DNA of 64,000 bases from Nitrospiraceae bacterium (GTDB lineage Bacteria > Nitrospirota > Nitrospiria > Nitrospirales > Nitrospiraceae), in assembly GCA_050246315.1 (NCBI GenBank), contig JBFWWG010000003.1, positions 1 through 64,000 on the forward strand, in the 5' to 3' direction. Both the position numbers and the translations under genes were made by a program. Positions 20,499 through 30,322 of the stretch are shown piece by piece (position 1 is the stretch's first letter; every line of letters begins with the position of its first letter). The notes under the pieces were generated by a model. That model made no database searches and had not been told where the DNA came from. It saw only the letters and a list, made by a program, of their open reading frames with translations.

Positions 20499-22025
20499 AT
20501 GAAGCCATCGTACGTACCACTGCGTGACAGTCATTGCCTTGTCGGTTCCCGCTTATGGCAGGGATTTCTGCTGACGGTGACAGCGATCTCCATCCTGCAG
20601 AGCGGCTGCTCGATGAACCCCGTGAGCGGCCGACCGGAATTCACACTCGTGTCGGAAGAGCAGGAAAAGAAGCTTGGAGCCGAGGAAGCCAAGAAGGTCG
20701 AGGCTCAAATGGGCGTGCTTGAGAGCGAACCGTTCACTCCCTATCTCGCCCAACTCGGTACGCGGCTGGCCGAACAATCGCCTCGCCAAGGAGTCGCCTA
20801 TCAGTTCCACCTGGCTGATATGGAAGAGCCCAATGCCTTTGCCTTACCCGGCGGATACGTCTATGTCACGCGCGGTCTGCTCGCTCTGACCAATGCAGAA
20901 GACGAGCTGGCAGGCGTCGTGGGACACGAGATCGGTCACGTGGCGGCGCGGCACTCGGTACAAAGTATTTCCAAGCGAGGTCCGTTTGCGGCGGTGTTCG
21001 GCATCGTCTCGGGCCTGACCGGCATGGTGAGTCCATTGGTCGGCAACGTCGTCGGCGGGATCGGAGACTTGACCCAAGGCTTGATCTTTTCGCCCTATAG
21101 CCGCGGTCAGGAAAACGAAGCCGATGAGGTCGGGCAGGGAATTGCCGCGAAGGCCGGCTGGGATCCTGCCGCGCTGTCGACATTCCTGTCCAATCTGGAA
21201 CGAGAGGTGGAATTGTATCAAGGGAAGCCGCGCAAGCCGAGTTTCTTCGATTCCCATCCTCCGACTCCGGAACGGGTCCGGAGGACATCGGTCCATGCGG
21301 CCACGCTGAAGCGAACACCCCTCGACCCCATCAGTCCTACCAAGGATGACTTTCTCAACAGGCTGGATGGGCTTGTCGTCGGGCAACGCGCGGCTAATGG
21401 AATCCTGGAAGGTTCACATTTCTTCCAGCCTGACATGAACTTTACTCTGGAACTACCTGAGAAGTGGAAGGTCGAGAACACGCCTCAGATGCTCGCCGCT
21501 GCGGCTCCGGGCGGGGAGGAGGCTCTGCTGCTGAGAGCTGTGGGCGAGGGACAGGACCCCCTCGATGGAGCCCGCGCCCTCGAAAAGACGACCAAATCTG
21601 ACGTTGTCTCCAAGACCCAACGATTTCAGATCGGCGACTTGCCTGCTGCGCGAACTCACCTCAAGGCCGATAGCCAGACCTCGCTCGATGTGACCTGGAT
21701 CGGCCATGGCGGTTTGATCTATCAAATCGTAGCGGTGGCTCCCACCCGTCACTTCGAGACGCTCAAGCCGACGTTAGATACGACGATCAACAGCTTTCGG
21801 CCGATGACCACGGCGGAACGTGACGGGATTACCGAGAATCGGATCAGGCTGATCAGGGCACAGAACGGAGAAACTATTGCGGCGCTGGCTGCCAGGACTC
21901 ATTCGGCGTGGAAACCGGATGAGATCGCCGTCGCGAACGGACTCAAGGTCTCCGATTCTCTCGCGCAGGGCCAACTCCTGAAGATTGCGGTGACGGAATC
22001 CTACCGTCCCGGTCCTTCGCACTGA
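20499..22025 (+). CDS. M48 family zinc metalloprotease, putative lipoprotein with C-terminal LysM-like segment
   Basis: PNAFALPGG, HEIGH, YSRGQENEAD and SHP; C-terminal GETIAALA...IAVANGL..GQLLKI. Confidence 0.88.
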   Translation: MKPSYVPLRDSHCLVGSRLWQGFLLTVTAISILQSGCSMNPVSGRPEFTLVSEEQEKKLGAEEAKKVEAQMGVLESEPFTPYLAQLGTRLAEQSPRQGVAYQFHLADMEEPNAFALPGGYVYVTRGLLALTNAEDELAGVVGHEIGHVAARHSVQSISKRGPFAAVFGIVSGLTGMVSPLVGNVVGGIGDLTQGLIFSPYSRGQENEADEVGQGIAAKAGWDPAALSTFLSNLEREVELYQGKPRKPSFFDSHPPTPERVRRTSVHAATLKRTPLDPISPTKDDFLNRLDGLVVGQRAANGILEGSHFFQPDMNFTLELPEKWKVENTPQMLAAAAPGGEEALLLRAVGEGQDPLDGARALEKTTKSDVVSKTQRFQIGDLPAARTHLKADSQTSLDVTWIGHGGLIYQIVAVAPTRHFETLKPTLDTTINSFRPMTTAERDGITENRIRLIRAQNGETIAALAARTHSAWKPDEIAVANGLKVSDSLAQGQLLKIAVTESYRPGPSH

Positions 22026-22036
22026 ACGAAACGAGC

Positions 22037-23428
22037 ATGGCGACCGCTCTCCTGCGCTTCAGCATGGTGTTTGCTCTCCTGGTCGGTCTGTCGGCCTGCA
22101 ATTACGTTCGCCCGACTTTGAACGCCCCGCTGACGCACTGGGACCCCCAGTACGGCTATCGAATGGCCAATCTCGCGACGCCTGAGGAGGGCAACTCGGA
22201 CAGTCTCGCCGTTCTGGCGGCCTTCTCCGGAGGAGGGACCAGGGCCTCGACCCTCGCGTTCGGGGCATTACGCGAGCTGGCTCGCCAGCCGATCATCTGG
22301 GAAGGGAAGCAGAAACGGCTGTTGGATGAGCTCGACGTCATCTATGCCCTCTCCGGGGGCACCTTCACCGGCGCCTATTACGCCCTGTTCGGAGAGCGCA
22401 TCTTTCACGATTTCGAATACCGCTTTTTGCGCAAGGACTGGGAGGGCGAGCTCAGGTCACGGATCTTACGTTCCCCCAGCAATTGGTTCCGTCTCTGGTC
22501 TCCGTACTTCGGCCGGACCCATATCATGGCCGAGCTGTTGGACGAGGCCCTGTTCGAGGGCAAGACCTACGGCGACTTGCTGCGCCAGCGGACTCGGCCC
22601 GGCCTCTTGATCCATGCCTCTGACATGGCCACGCTCTCGCGGTTCGAATTTCTCCAGCCTCAATTCGACCTCATCTGTTCGGATCTCAGTCAGCTTCCGG
22701 TCGCCTATGCCTCGGCCGCCTCGGCCGCGCTTCCCTTGGTGCTGAGTCCCATTACATTCCAGAATTATGCAGGTCAATGCGGGTACGAACCACCGACCTG
22801 GCTGCTCGAGGCGAAAACCTCACCGAGGCACATTCGACGGCAACGCGGGCAAGAACTGTTGTCCTATCTCGACGGGGAGAAACGGCCCCACATTCATTTG
22901 CTGGACGGCGGACTCTCCGACAATATGGCCCTTCGGGGCGTCTTGGAAGGAGTCGGCGTGGCGGGAGGGCTGGAGAAAATTTTCAAGAACGCCAATATCC
23001 AGAACGTCCGGAAACTGGTCATTATTTCGGTCAATGCCGAGACGAGTCCGGATGTGAGGGAATACCGGAGCGATCATATTCCGGTCTTGTCACGGGCCTT
23101 CAGCTCGCTCGTCGATATCCCGATCAACCGATACTCCACGGACACCCTTCTGTTGATGCGTTTCGCCGTCCAAATGTGGCGAGAAGAGCTTCGCAACAGG
23201 CCTCCCGGCGTAGAAAGCGTGTTCACTCAGGATGCGGACATCTATTTTATCGACGTGAGCCTCGGTGCAATTGCGGATGTCGCGGAGCGGGAATCGCTCA
23301 TGAAGATTCCGACGACGCTGTACCTCACCGACGAACAAATCGACCGCCTGCTCATCGCCGCGACGCGATTGATCCGACACGATCCGGAATTCCAGCGGTT
23401 GATGCAGGAGCTTGAACCTGCTCCCTGA
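22037..23428 (+). CDS. Patatin-like phospholipase lipoprotein
   Basis: Lipobox LSAC; SGGGTRA oxyanion motif, ALSGG nucleophile elbow and DGG motif. Confidence 0.88.
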   Translation: MATALLRFSMVFALLVGLSACNYVRPTLNAPLTHWDPQYGYRMANLATPEEGNSDSLAVLAAFSGGGTRASTLAFGALRELARQPIIWEGKQKRLLDELDVIYALSGGTFTGAYYALFGERIFHDFEYRFLRKDWEGELRSRILRSPSNWFRLWSPYFGRTHIMAELLDEALFEGKTYGDLLRQRTRPGLLIHASDMATLSRFEFLQPQFDLICSDLSQLPVAYASAASAALPLVLSPITFQNYAGQCGYEPPTWLLEAKTSPRHIRRQRGQELLSYLDGEKRPHIHLLDGGLSDNMALRGVLEGVGVAGGLEKIFKNANIQNVRKLVIISVNAETSPDVREYRSDHIPVLSRAFSSLVDIPINRYSTDTLLLMRFAVQMWREELRNRPPGVESVFTQDADIYFIDVSLGAIADVAERESLMKIPTTLYLTDEQIDRLLIAATRLIRHDPEFQRLMQELEPAP

Positions 23429-23461
23429 CGGTTCACCGAGGCGGGGAGAGCAGCGCCGCTC

Positions 23462-24445
23462 TCAGAAGCCGATCCCTTTCGCCTTCAGCCGGACACGCAT
23501 GAGGTACATGTCCGCGGTCATGTACAGCGTACGGCCGTCGTCGCCGAATGCGCAATTCCCGGTGGCCTGCCCGGTGAGGATCGTCCCCAAGTGTCGGCCG
23601 TTCGGAGTCAGGATCAAGACGCCGCCCGGACCGGCGGCGAACAAGGTGCCCTCCGTCTCGACCTTCAGGCCGTCGGGCAATCCCCGGCGCGTCTTTGCCA
23701 ACGAGCTTGCATCGAACAGGATGCGGCTCCCACCCAGCGAACCGTCCGGACGCACGTTGAAGGCGCGCCAGATGGGCGCCGTCGGATCGGACTGAGAGAT
23801 GTACAGCGTCTTCTCGTCGGGCGAGAAGGCCAACCCGTTCGGCCTGGTCATGTCGCGCGTGAGCAGGCTCACCACGCCGTCGCGCCCTCTCCGAAAGACC
23901 CCCTGATACGGAAGCTCGCGCGCCTGGTCCTCGAACTGCTTCACCATGCCATACGGAGGGTCGGTGAAGTAGAGGTCGCCCTGTCGGTTGAACACGACGT
24001 CGTTCGGGCTGTTGAAACGCGCGCCGTCATACCGATCCGCCAGCGTCGAGAACCTCGGCGCCGGCGCGGACAGCGGCGCCTCCATTCGCGCGATCCGGCG
24101 ATCGCCGTGCTGGCAGAGAATCAATCGTCCGTCATGGTCGATCACCAGACCGTTCGAGCCCAGCTCGGCGCCGCGGGGTTCGCGGCCCGTATAGCCCGAC
24201 GGCGTCAACCACGGTCTCGCGCCCTCACCTTCCTTCCACCTCACGACCACGTTCTGGGGGACGTCCGAGAACAGTAGAAAGCCGCCGTCCTTCACCCAGA
24301 CCGGTCCTTCGCTCCAGTCGTATCCCTGCGCCAGGATTTCGACCTTGGCATCGGGCGCCATCAACCGATCCAGCAGGGGATCGAGTCGTTCTATCTTCGG
24401 CAGATCAGGTGACATTCCGGCGCTCATCACCTCCGCCTTGACCAT
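23462..24445 (-). CDS. SMP-30/gluconolactonase/LRE family protein
   Basis: WSEGPVW, GSNGL, NSPND, YFTDPPYG, PNGLAFSPD and PDGL. Confidence 0.9.
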   Translation of the reverse strand: MVKAEVMSAGMSPDLPKIERLDPLLDRLMAPDAKVEILAQGYDWSEGPVWVKDGGFLLFSDVPQNVVVRWKEGEGARPWLTPSGYTGREPRGAELGSNGLVIDHDGRLILCQHGDRRIARMEAPLSAPAPRFSTLADRYDGARFNSPNDVVFNRQGDLYFTDPPYGMVKQFEDQARELPYQGVFRRGRDGVVSLLTRDMTRPNGLAFSPDEKTLYISQSDPTAPIWRAFNVRPDGSLGGSRILFDASSLAKTRRGLPDGLKVETEGTLFAAGPGGVLILTPNGRHLGTILTGQATGNCAFGDDGRTLYMTADMYLMRVRLKAKGIGF

Positions 24446-24491
24446 GCGGCGGACTGGTCCGTTGAGAGGTCGCTAACCCACTCGGCTCGAT

Positions 24492-25586
24492 TCATGCTGC
24501 CCTGCTCGACACCTGCACGACATCCTTGATGCCGTCTCGCCGCGCGATCAAGTCTTGGGCTCCCTCCAGAGGACTCCGTCCGGTAATCAGACCCCGCACG
24601 CTGGCGGGGAACAGGGTCATGAACTGTTCAAGCTGCTGAATCGCCGCCTCGTATGCGCTTCGCCCGGCATTCACCGTGCCGAATAACAGTTGATTCCTCA
24701 GGACAAGGTTCCGCATGATCAAGTCGGTATCCACTTCCGTCGGAAGCTTTCGTCCCGGCACGCCGGTAATGATGAACACGCCGTTGACGCCCAAGGCTTC
24801 CAAGGCCGCGAAGGCAAGGGCCGAAACACCGGTCGCTTCGAACATGATGTCGATATTGCCGATGTGCGCGCCGATCTTGCCGATGGCATGATCGCGCGCG
24901 CTCAAATAGGTCGCGCCGAAAGAACGGATGAGTGCCTCGCGTTCGCCGCCGGACGGTTCCCGTGAGTAGACAAAGGTCTCGTAGCCGCGCGCGACGAGCG
25001 TCATCGCTCCGAGCAGTCCGACAGGACCGGCTCCGAGCACCACCCCTCGCCCGTGACGCACTTCATACGGCAGCCGCTGCTGGATGTCCCGCATCTGCAA
25101 GGCCGCTTTGGCGACCACGGTCAGCGGTTCTACCAAAACGGCCACATCGGCGAGCGCTGGTGGAACCGGGATGACGTAGGGTTCCTCCTCAATCACGAAC
25201 TCCGTGAGGAACCCATCGGCATGCTGAATGCCGCGCTCCTGGAAGTCGCCGGACACGCAGAAATCCTGCCGGCCGGCCCGGCAAGCAAGACACTTCGGAT
25301 GGATGCACGGGCGACGGACCATCGGCACGACAAGGTCGCCGGGTCTCACATCGATCACGTCCGCTCCAACCTCCACGACCTCAGCCAAGGATTCATGCCC
25401 GATGATGAGACGGTCCGACCCGGCGGGAGGCGCGCCATATTCAAACGCACAAATCTCCCGGTCCGTCCCGCAGATCCCCACCTCTCGAATCCGCAGCATC
25501 ACCTGATCCGACCCGGGGGGGCCTGGCTGGGCTTGTTCAATCAGGCGGACCTTCCGGTCCGAAGGAAACACCGCCAGCGCCTTCAT
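24492..25586 (-). CDS. Zn-dependent (MDR family) glucose 1-dehydrogenase-like protein
   Basis: GICGTD, GHE, VRRPC..C..C..C, ERGI, GAGPVG and GTVNA. ATG at 25586 follows AGGAG. Confidence 0.85.
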   Translation of the reverse strand: MKALAVFPSDRKVRLIEQAQPGPPGSDQVMLRIREVGICGTDREICAFEYGAPPAGSDRLIIGHESLAEVVEVGADVIDVRPGDLVVPMVRRPCIHPKCLACRAGRQDFCVSGDFQERGIQHADGFLTEFVIEEEPYVIPVPPALADVAVLVEPLTVVAKAALQMRDIQQRLPYEVRHGRGVVLGAGPVGLLGAMTLVARGYETFVYSREPSGGEREALIRSFGATYLSARDHAIGKIGAHIGNIDIMFEATGVSALAFAALEALGVNGVFIITGVPGRKLPTEVDTDLIMRNLVLRNQLLFGTVNAGRSAYEAAIQQLEQFMTLFPASVRGLITGRSPLEGAQDLIARRDGIKDVVQVSSRAA

Positions 25587-25920
25587 CTGCTCACTCCTCC
25601 CACCCGGTAACGAATGGCGTCCGCGCACGGGCTCCAATCGTACGGCGGAAACAACTCATCGCCGGGCAGCGCGGTGTCGTGTGTGGCCACCTTATACCAA
25701 AGTTTGAAACGCTGCGCGACTCGTCGGTGCAACAACCGGACTCGTGATCTCCATCCGGATAGACGAGGGCCGCACGATGCCGGAACGACCTCGCAGTCGG
25801 ACGGCCGCTTCGGGGGAATCCGAACGTGCGCCTACGCGAAGACGGGGAGAGCGCCTGTTGAGACGCCCGGTGGACAAGTAGAAGACAGTTCCACGTTCGA
25901 TTCACACAGGCCAGTGCGCC

Positions 25921-27405
25921 TCACGATACCGGTTGCAGCGTAAAGACGTGGTACCGCCACGGCGCCAGATCGAGATAGAGTCCGTTCGATTGCAGGTCGT
26001 TGCCCTCCCGATCGTACTGTGCGTCGCTCAATAAATCCTGAAGCCGCCATCGCCGATCGGCCAGATTAAGGTTAGACAGCCGGGCCCGGCACTGACTTTG
26101 GTGCGGTGAATAATTCACCACGACCAGCAGCGGCGCTTCGCCGGCGGCTTGCCAGACAAAAGCCAGGAAGCAATCCGATGTCCAGTTGCCTTCCCAGGCC
26201 GGAACACATTCGAGCAATCGCCACTCCCCGGAACGGGCGGCCTCCCGTCGCAGCACCGCCAGCAGCCGGTCGTAAAACTGCTTTACTTGCCGATCGACTG
26301 GTTCCTCAGGTCCCCTCACCAGATGGGGCGAGATCCGTTTCTTCCGCCCTTCGAATTGCCCCTGATGAAAGAAGCGCAGGCCCGGCGACAGAAACGTGAT
26401 GACCGCCGCGGCCTCATGCACCTCCTGGGAAAAGGTCGCAGCCGCGCGCGGCTCGTCGTGGTTCTCAAGAAAGCGCGCGAGTTTGTTCTGGTAATCGAGT
26501 CCGGCGTGAAAATGCTCGCGTACGGGCCTGGCATGGCCCTCGCGCAGACGGTCATACAGCCGTTTGTCGTAGGCGTAATCGAAGCCCTGCTGTTGCATCG
26601 TCCATTCGAGATCCCAATAGACCTCGGCCATGAAACAAAAGCCGGGAACGCGCTCCCGCACGCGCTTCGTCGCCTCGGGCCAGAACAGCGTCGCCCGGCG
26701 CCCCCACGTGCGCTCGAAGACGTCGGGAAGGACAAGCATGGCCATGTCGCAGCGCACCCCGTCGCACTGCCCCGCGATCCTCACCAGCTCGCCCATCATC
26801 GCTTCCTGTGTGGCGGGGTTGCTGAAATCGAGCTGCAGCGTATCAGGCCAGCCCGAGAAGTACGGGTCCCGGCCGTAGGCCAGCACGCGTGGACCCTGAG
26901 GGGTGTCGATGCGGCAATAGTTCTGCGGCGCCGTGGCCAGATCGTGCTCGCTACCCTGAATGAAGTAGTCCAGATGCTTCTCGACCCACGGATGGTCGGG
27001 CGCCATGTGGTTCGGCACGAAATCGAGGAGCAGCCGCAGGCCGCGTTGCTTCAGCCGCTGGCGCAGCCGCGCCAAAGCCGCCTCGCCGCCGAGCTGGTGA
27101 TGCACCGTGTAACCGGTGATTGCAAACCCGGACCCGCCGATGTCCTCCTCACGCAAGTCCGGCAGAGTCTCCTGAAACTCTCTGCGCCATTCGTGATTGG
27201 CGCGCGACACGCGTTGCGCCGCCGAGCCGGTCTGCCACACGCTGAGAAACCAGATCCAGTCAAAGCCCGCTTGAGCCAGGCGATCCAATTCAACATCCGG
27301 GATATCGTCCAGCGTGACCGGCTTGCCCAGCTTGCGCGACAGCTCAGTCAGCCACACGCGCGCGTTGATCTGATAGAGCGAGGGGTAGGTGGGGAGGGCG
27401 TTCAT
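25921..27405 (-). CDS. GH13 alpha-amylase family protein
   Basis: LYQIN, LDFVPNH, DGVRCDMA, AEVYW and FLENHDE. Start reassigned to ATG 27405, overlapping the upstream stop by 4 nt. Confidence 0.9.
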   Translation of the reverse strand: MNALPTYPSLYQINARVWLTELSRKLGKPVTLDDIPDVELDRLAQAGFDWIWFLSVWQTGSAAQRVSRANHEWRREFQETLPDLREEDIGGSGFAITGYTVHHQLGGEAALARLRQRLKQRGLRLLLDFVPNHMAPDHPWVEKHLDYFIQGSEHDLATAPQNYCRIDTPQGPRVLAYGRDPYFSGWPDTLQLDFSNPATQEAMMGELVRIAGQCDGVRCDMAMLVLPDVFERTWGRRATLFWPEATKRVRERVPGFCFMAEVYWDLEWTMQQQGFDYAYDKRLYDRLREGHARPVREHFHAGLDYQNKLARFLENHDEPRAAATFSQEVHEAAAVITFLSPGLRFFHQGQFEGRKKRISPHLVRGPEEPVDRQVKQFYDRLLAVLRREAARSGEWRLLECVPAWEGNWTSDCFLAFVWQAAGEAPLLVVVNYSPHQSQCRARLSNLNLADRRWRLQDLLSDAQYDREGNDLQSNGLYLDLAPWRYHVFTLQPVS

Positions 27406-30179
27406 GGTTTGGCTTTCCCTTCCGGCGTGCCACGGACAAAGGCCGCCATCTTTCCGGCTTCGAGCATCTTCTTCGGGTCCAATACGCCGAAGAGCTGAAT
27501 GAGTTTCGCCACCACACCCGTCCATCCGGTCTGGTGGCTCGCGCCCAGTCCGGCTCCATTGTCGCCATGGAAGTATTCGTAGAAGAGGATGTGGTCCCGC
27601 CAGTGAGGGTCCTCCTGAAATGTCTTGGTGCCGCCATAGACCGGCCGCTTCCCATCGGCGTTGCGCAGAAACATGCGCGTCAGGCGATCGGCAATGTCCT
27701 TGGCGACCTCGAAGAGGTTCATCATCCTGCCGGACCCGGTGGGACACTCGATTTTGAAGTTGTCCCCATAGTACAGGTAGTACGCCAGGAGCGCTCGGAT
27801 GATCAGGGCATTCACCGGCATCCAAATTGGGCCCCGCCAGTTTGAGTTGCCGCCGAACATGCCGGTATTGGATTCCGCCGGCAGGTAATCGACCCGGTAC
27901 TCCTGCCCGCCGGCGTAGAAGATATAGGGGTGCTGCTGGTGAAATTTCGACAGTGAACGGATACCGTAGGGGCTCAGGAATTCGTTCTCATCCAGCATCT
28001 TCGTCAAGATCCGGCGCAGCCGTTCCTCGTTGACGAGCGCAAAGATGCCGCGGCCTGCCACACCGAAATGGCCCGGTCCCGTCTTATGGATCGACGCGAA
28101 CAGCTCCGGCATCTGCCGCGCGCGTTGCTGGAACTGCGCCGTCGCTTGAGGAACCCGCTCGCGCTGCCATTCTTCGACGACGGTCGTGGCGCACAGAGGC
28201 AGAAGACCCACCATCGAGCGGACTTTGAGCCTGGTGCCGCCTCCTTCCGGCAGGCGCAGCAAATCGTAATAGAATCCGTCTTCTTCGTCCCACATGCCGT
28301 CCTGTCCAGGCTGATTCATAGCCGCCGCGATATAGAGGAAGTGCTCGACGAACTTCCCCACCATGCCGTCATAGGTCCGGTCATGGGGGACAATTTCAAC
28401 GGCGAGCTCCAGCATGTTCTGGGTGAACAGCGCCATCCATGCCGTGCCGTCCGCCTGTTCGAGATAACCTCCGGTGGGCAGGGGGGCGCTCCGGTCGAAC
28501 ACGCCGATGTTGTCGAGCCCGAGGAAGCCGCCTTCGAAAAGGTTCTTGCCGAACCGATCCTTGCGGTTCACCCACCAGGTGAAATTAAGCAGGAGTTTGT
28601 TGAAGGCCGACTTGAGAAAATCAATATCGGCCTCCCCCCTCAGGGCCAGTTCGGTACGGTGGAGAAAGAGGGTCGCCCAGCTATGGACCGGGGGATTCAC
28701 ATCGCTGAAGTTCCACTCATAGGCCGGGATCTGACCGCTGGGATGCAGATAGACTCCGCGCAACATCAGCTCCATCTGTTCCTTGGCGAACTCAGGATCG
28801 ACAATCGAGAGCGGCAGCGTATGAAAAGCGAGGTCCCAGGCGGCGTACCAGGGGTACTCCCACTTGTCGGGCATGGAGATCACGTCGTCGTTGACCATGT
28901 GGAACCACTCTCGGTTCCGAAAATGGCGGCTGCCTTGGTGGAGCGGATGCGCGTTGTGCTCTCCAAGCCACGCATCCCCGTCCCAATAGTAATACTGTTT
29001 GGACCAGAGCATGCCGGCGAGAGCCTGCCGCATCACGTTGGCCATATCCGGATTCACGGAGGACGGCGTCACCGCGCGGTAGAATTCGTCCGCTTCCCTC
29101 AGCCGCTCCTGCATGATCTGGTCGAAGGCCTGGCCGAAAGGACCGGAACCGCCTCCGGCTTTGCCCTTGACGGGTGTGTTCCCTGGGCTTGCGCCCGTCG
29201 TCGACGCGGTCTGCCGGACGAGACGCAACCGCACCGTCGCCGATGTACGCGGACCCACTTTCAGCAGGTGGTGTGCCGCGGCCTTGGTGCCCTGCCGCTC
29301 CGGGTTCACGGCATCCCGGCGACCCTGCACCACATAGTCGTTGATGGCGTCCTTGAGATAGGGGCCGACGTCCGGATAGTCGAGATGGAGTTTGGCATGG
29401 TTGGTTGAATTCTCGGTAAAGAGCAGCGGCACATCGCCATCGCAGTACAGATCATACCCGCCAAGAATGGGATGCACGGCCGTAATCGTCTTCGCTCCAG
29501 CCGGCCCTTCGACCTCCTTCAGCAGCGGCTTCTCGCCGCGTCGGGTGATCCACGGCGCCCAGTCGTTGCGGAACCAGAGAGTCGGCAGCACATGCAGCTC
29601 GGCCTCCTCCGGCCCCCGGTTCGCCAGGGTGATCTTGATCAGGATGTCCTCGGGCGACGCCTTCGCATATTCCACGAACACGTCGAAATAGCGGTCTTCG
29701 TTGAAGATGCCGGTGTCGAGCAATTCGTACTCCATCTCTTCCCGGCTCCGGCGTCTGTTCGTCTCCACCAGATCGCTGTAGGGAAAGGCCGCCTGCGGGT
29801 ATTTGTAGAGAAACTTCATGTAGGAATGCGTCGGCGTACTGTCGAGATAGAAGTAATATTCTTTGACGTCTTCGCCGTGGTTGGCTTCGCTGTTGGTCAG
29901 ACCGAACAGTCGTTCTTTGAGAATCGGGTCCTTGCCGTTCCACAGGGCCAGGGCGAAACAGAGCCGCTGCTTATCGTCGGAAATGCCTCCCAACCCGTCT
30001 TCGCCCCAGCGATAGGCCCGGGAACGGGCATGATCGTGTGTGAAGAAGTTCCACGCATCCCCGCCGTAACTGTAATCCTCCCGAACGGTTCCCCACTGAC
30101 GCTCGCTCAGGTACGGCCCCCAGTGCTTCCAGTTTGGACCGTCCTCACGCAATCGTCGATGCTCCACTGTGTCAGCCAT
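27402..30179 (-). CDS. GH63-like (MGH1-like) glucosidase, paralog 2
   Basis: [41 protein letters not shown] and [20 protein letters not shown]. Confidence 0.88.
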   Translation of the reverse strand: MADTVEHRRLREDGPNWKHWGPYLSERQWGTVREDYSYGGDAWNFFTHDHARSRAYRWGEDGLGGISDDKQRLCFALALWNGKDPILKERLFGLTNSEANHGEDVKEYYFYLDSTPTHSYMKFLYKYPQAAFPYSDLVETNRRRSREEMEYELLDTGIFNEDRYFDVFVEYAKASPEDILIKITLANRGPEEAELHVLPTLWFRNDWAPWITRRGEKPLLKEVEGPAGAKTITAVHPILGGYDLYCDGDVPLLFTENSTNHAKLHLDYPDVGPYLKDAINDYVVQGRRDAVNPERQGTKAAAHHLLKVGPRTSATVRLRLVRQTASTTGASPGNTPVKGKAGGGSGPFGQAFDQIMQERLREADEFYRAVTPSSVNPDMANVMRQALAGMLWSKQYYYWDGDAWLGEHNAHPLHQGSRHFRNREWFHMVNDDVISMPDKWEYPWYAAWDLAFHTLPLSIVDPEFAKEQMELMLRGVYLHPSGQIPAYEWNFSDVNPPVHSWATLFLHRTELALRGEADIDFLKSAFNKLLLNFTWWVNRKDRFGKNLFEGGFLGLDNIGVFDRSAPLPTGGYLEQADGTAWMALFTQNMLELAVEIVPHDRTYDGMVGKFVEHFLYIAAAMNQPGQDGMWDEEDGFYYDLLRLPEGGGTRLKVRSMVGLLPLCATTVVEEWQRERVPQATAQFQQRARQMPELFASIHKTGPGHFGVAGRGIFALVNEERLRRILTKMLDENEFLSPYGIRSLSKFHQQHPYIFYAGGQEYRVDYLPAESNTGMFGGNSNWRGPIWMPVNALIIRALLAYYLYYGDNFKIECPTGSGRMMNLFEVAKDIADRLTRMFLRNADGKRPVYGGTKTFQEDPHWRDHILFYEYFHGDNGAGLGASHQTGWTGVVAKLIQLFGVLDPKKMLEAGKMAAFVRGTPEGKAKP

Positions 30180-30322
30180 GAGATCCTCCCTTCAGGATTC
30201 TTCCTTCAGCAGATTGTTCTTCCTGCCCAATGAACCGATGAATCGGTCAACGTCGACTCCGCCGTAGGCGCACTTCCTCATCATCGTGAGGAGCGAGGGT
30301 CGGCGATCGGTGACCAATTCCT

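Noticed and set aside
25587..25920. 334-bp gap between the amylase and dehydrogenase genes
   Set aside because: Small ORFs lack motifs or RBS, and I found no paired terminal repeats.
27406..27825. N-terminal extension of the GH13 ORF
   Set aside because: Overlaps the GH63 gene in another frame; coupled ATG at 27405 is more plausible.
26149..29408. Long + strand ORFs of 449 and 446 aa
   Set aside because: Antisense shadows of the GH13 and GH63 genes.
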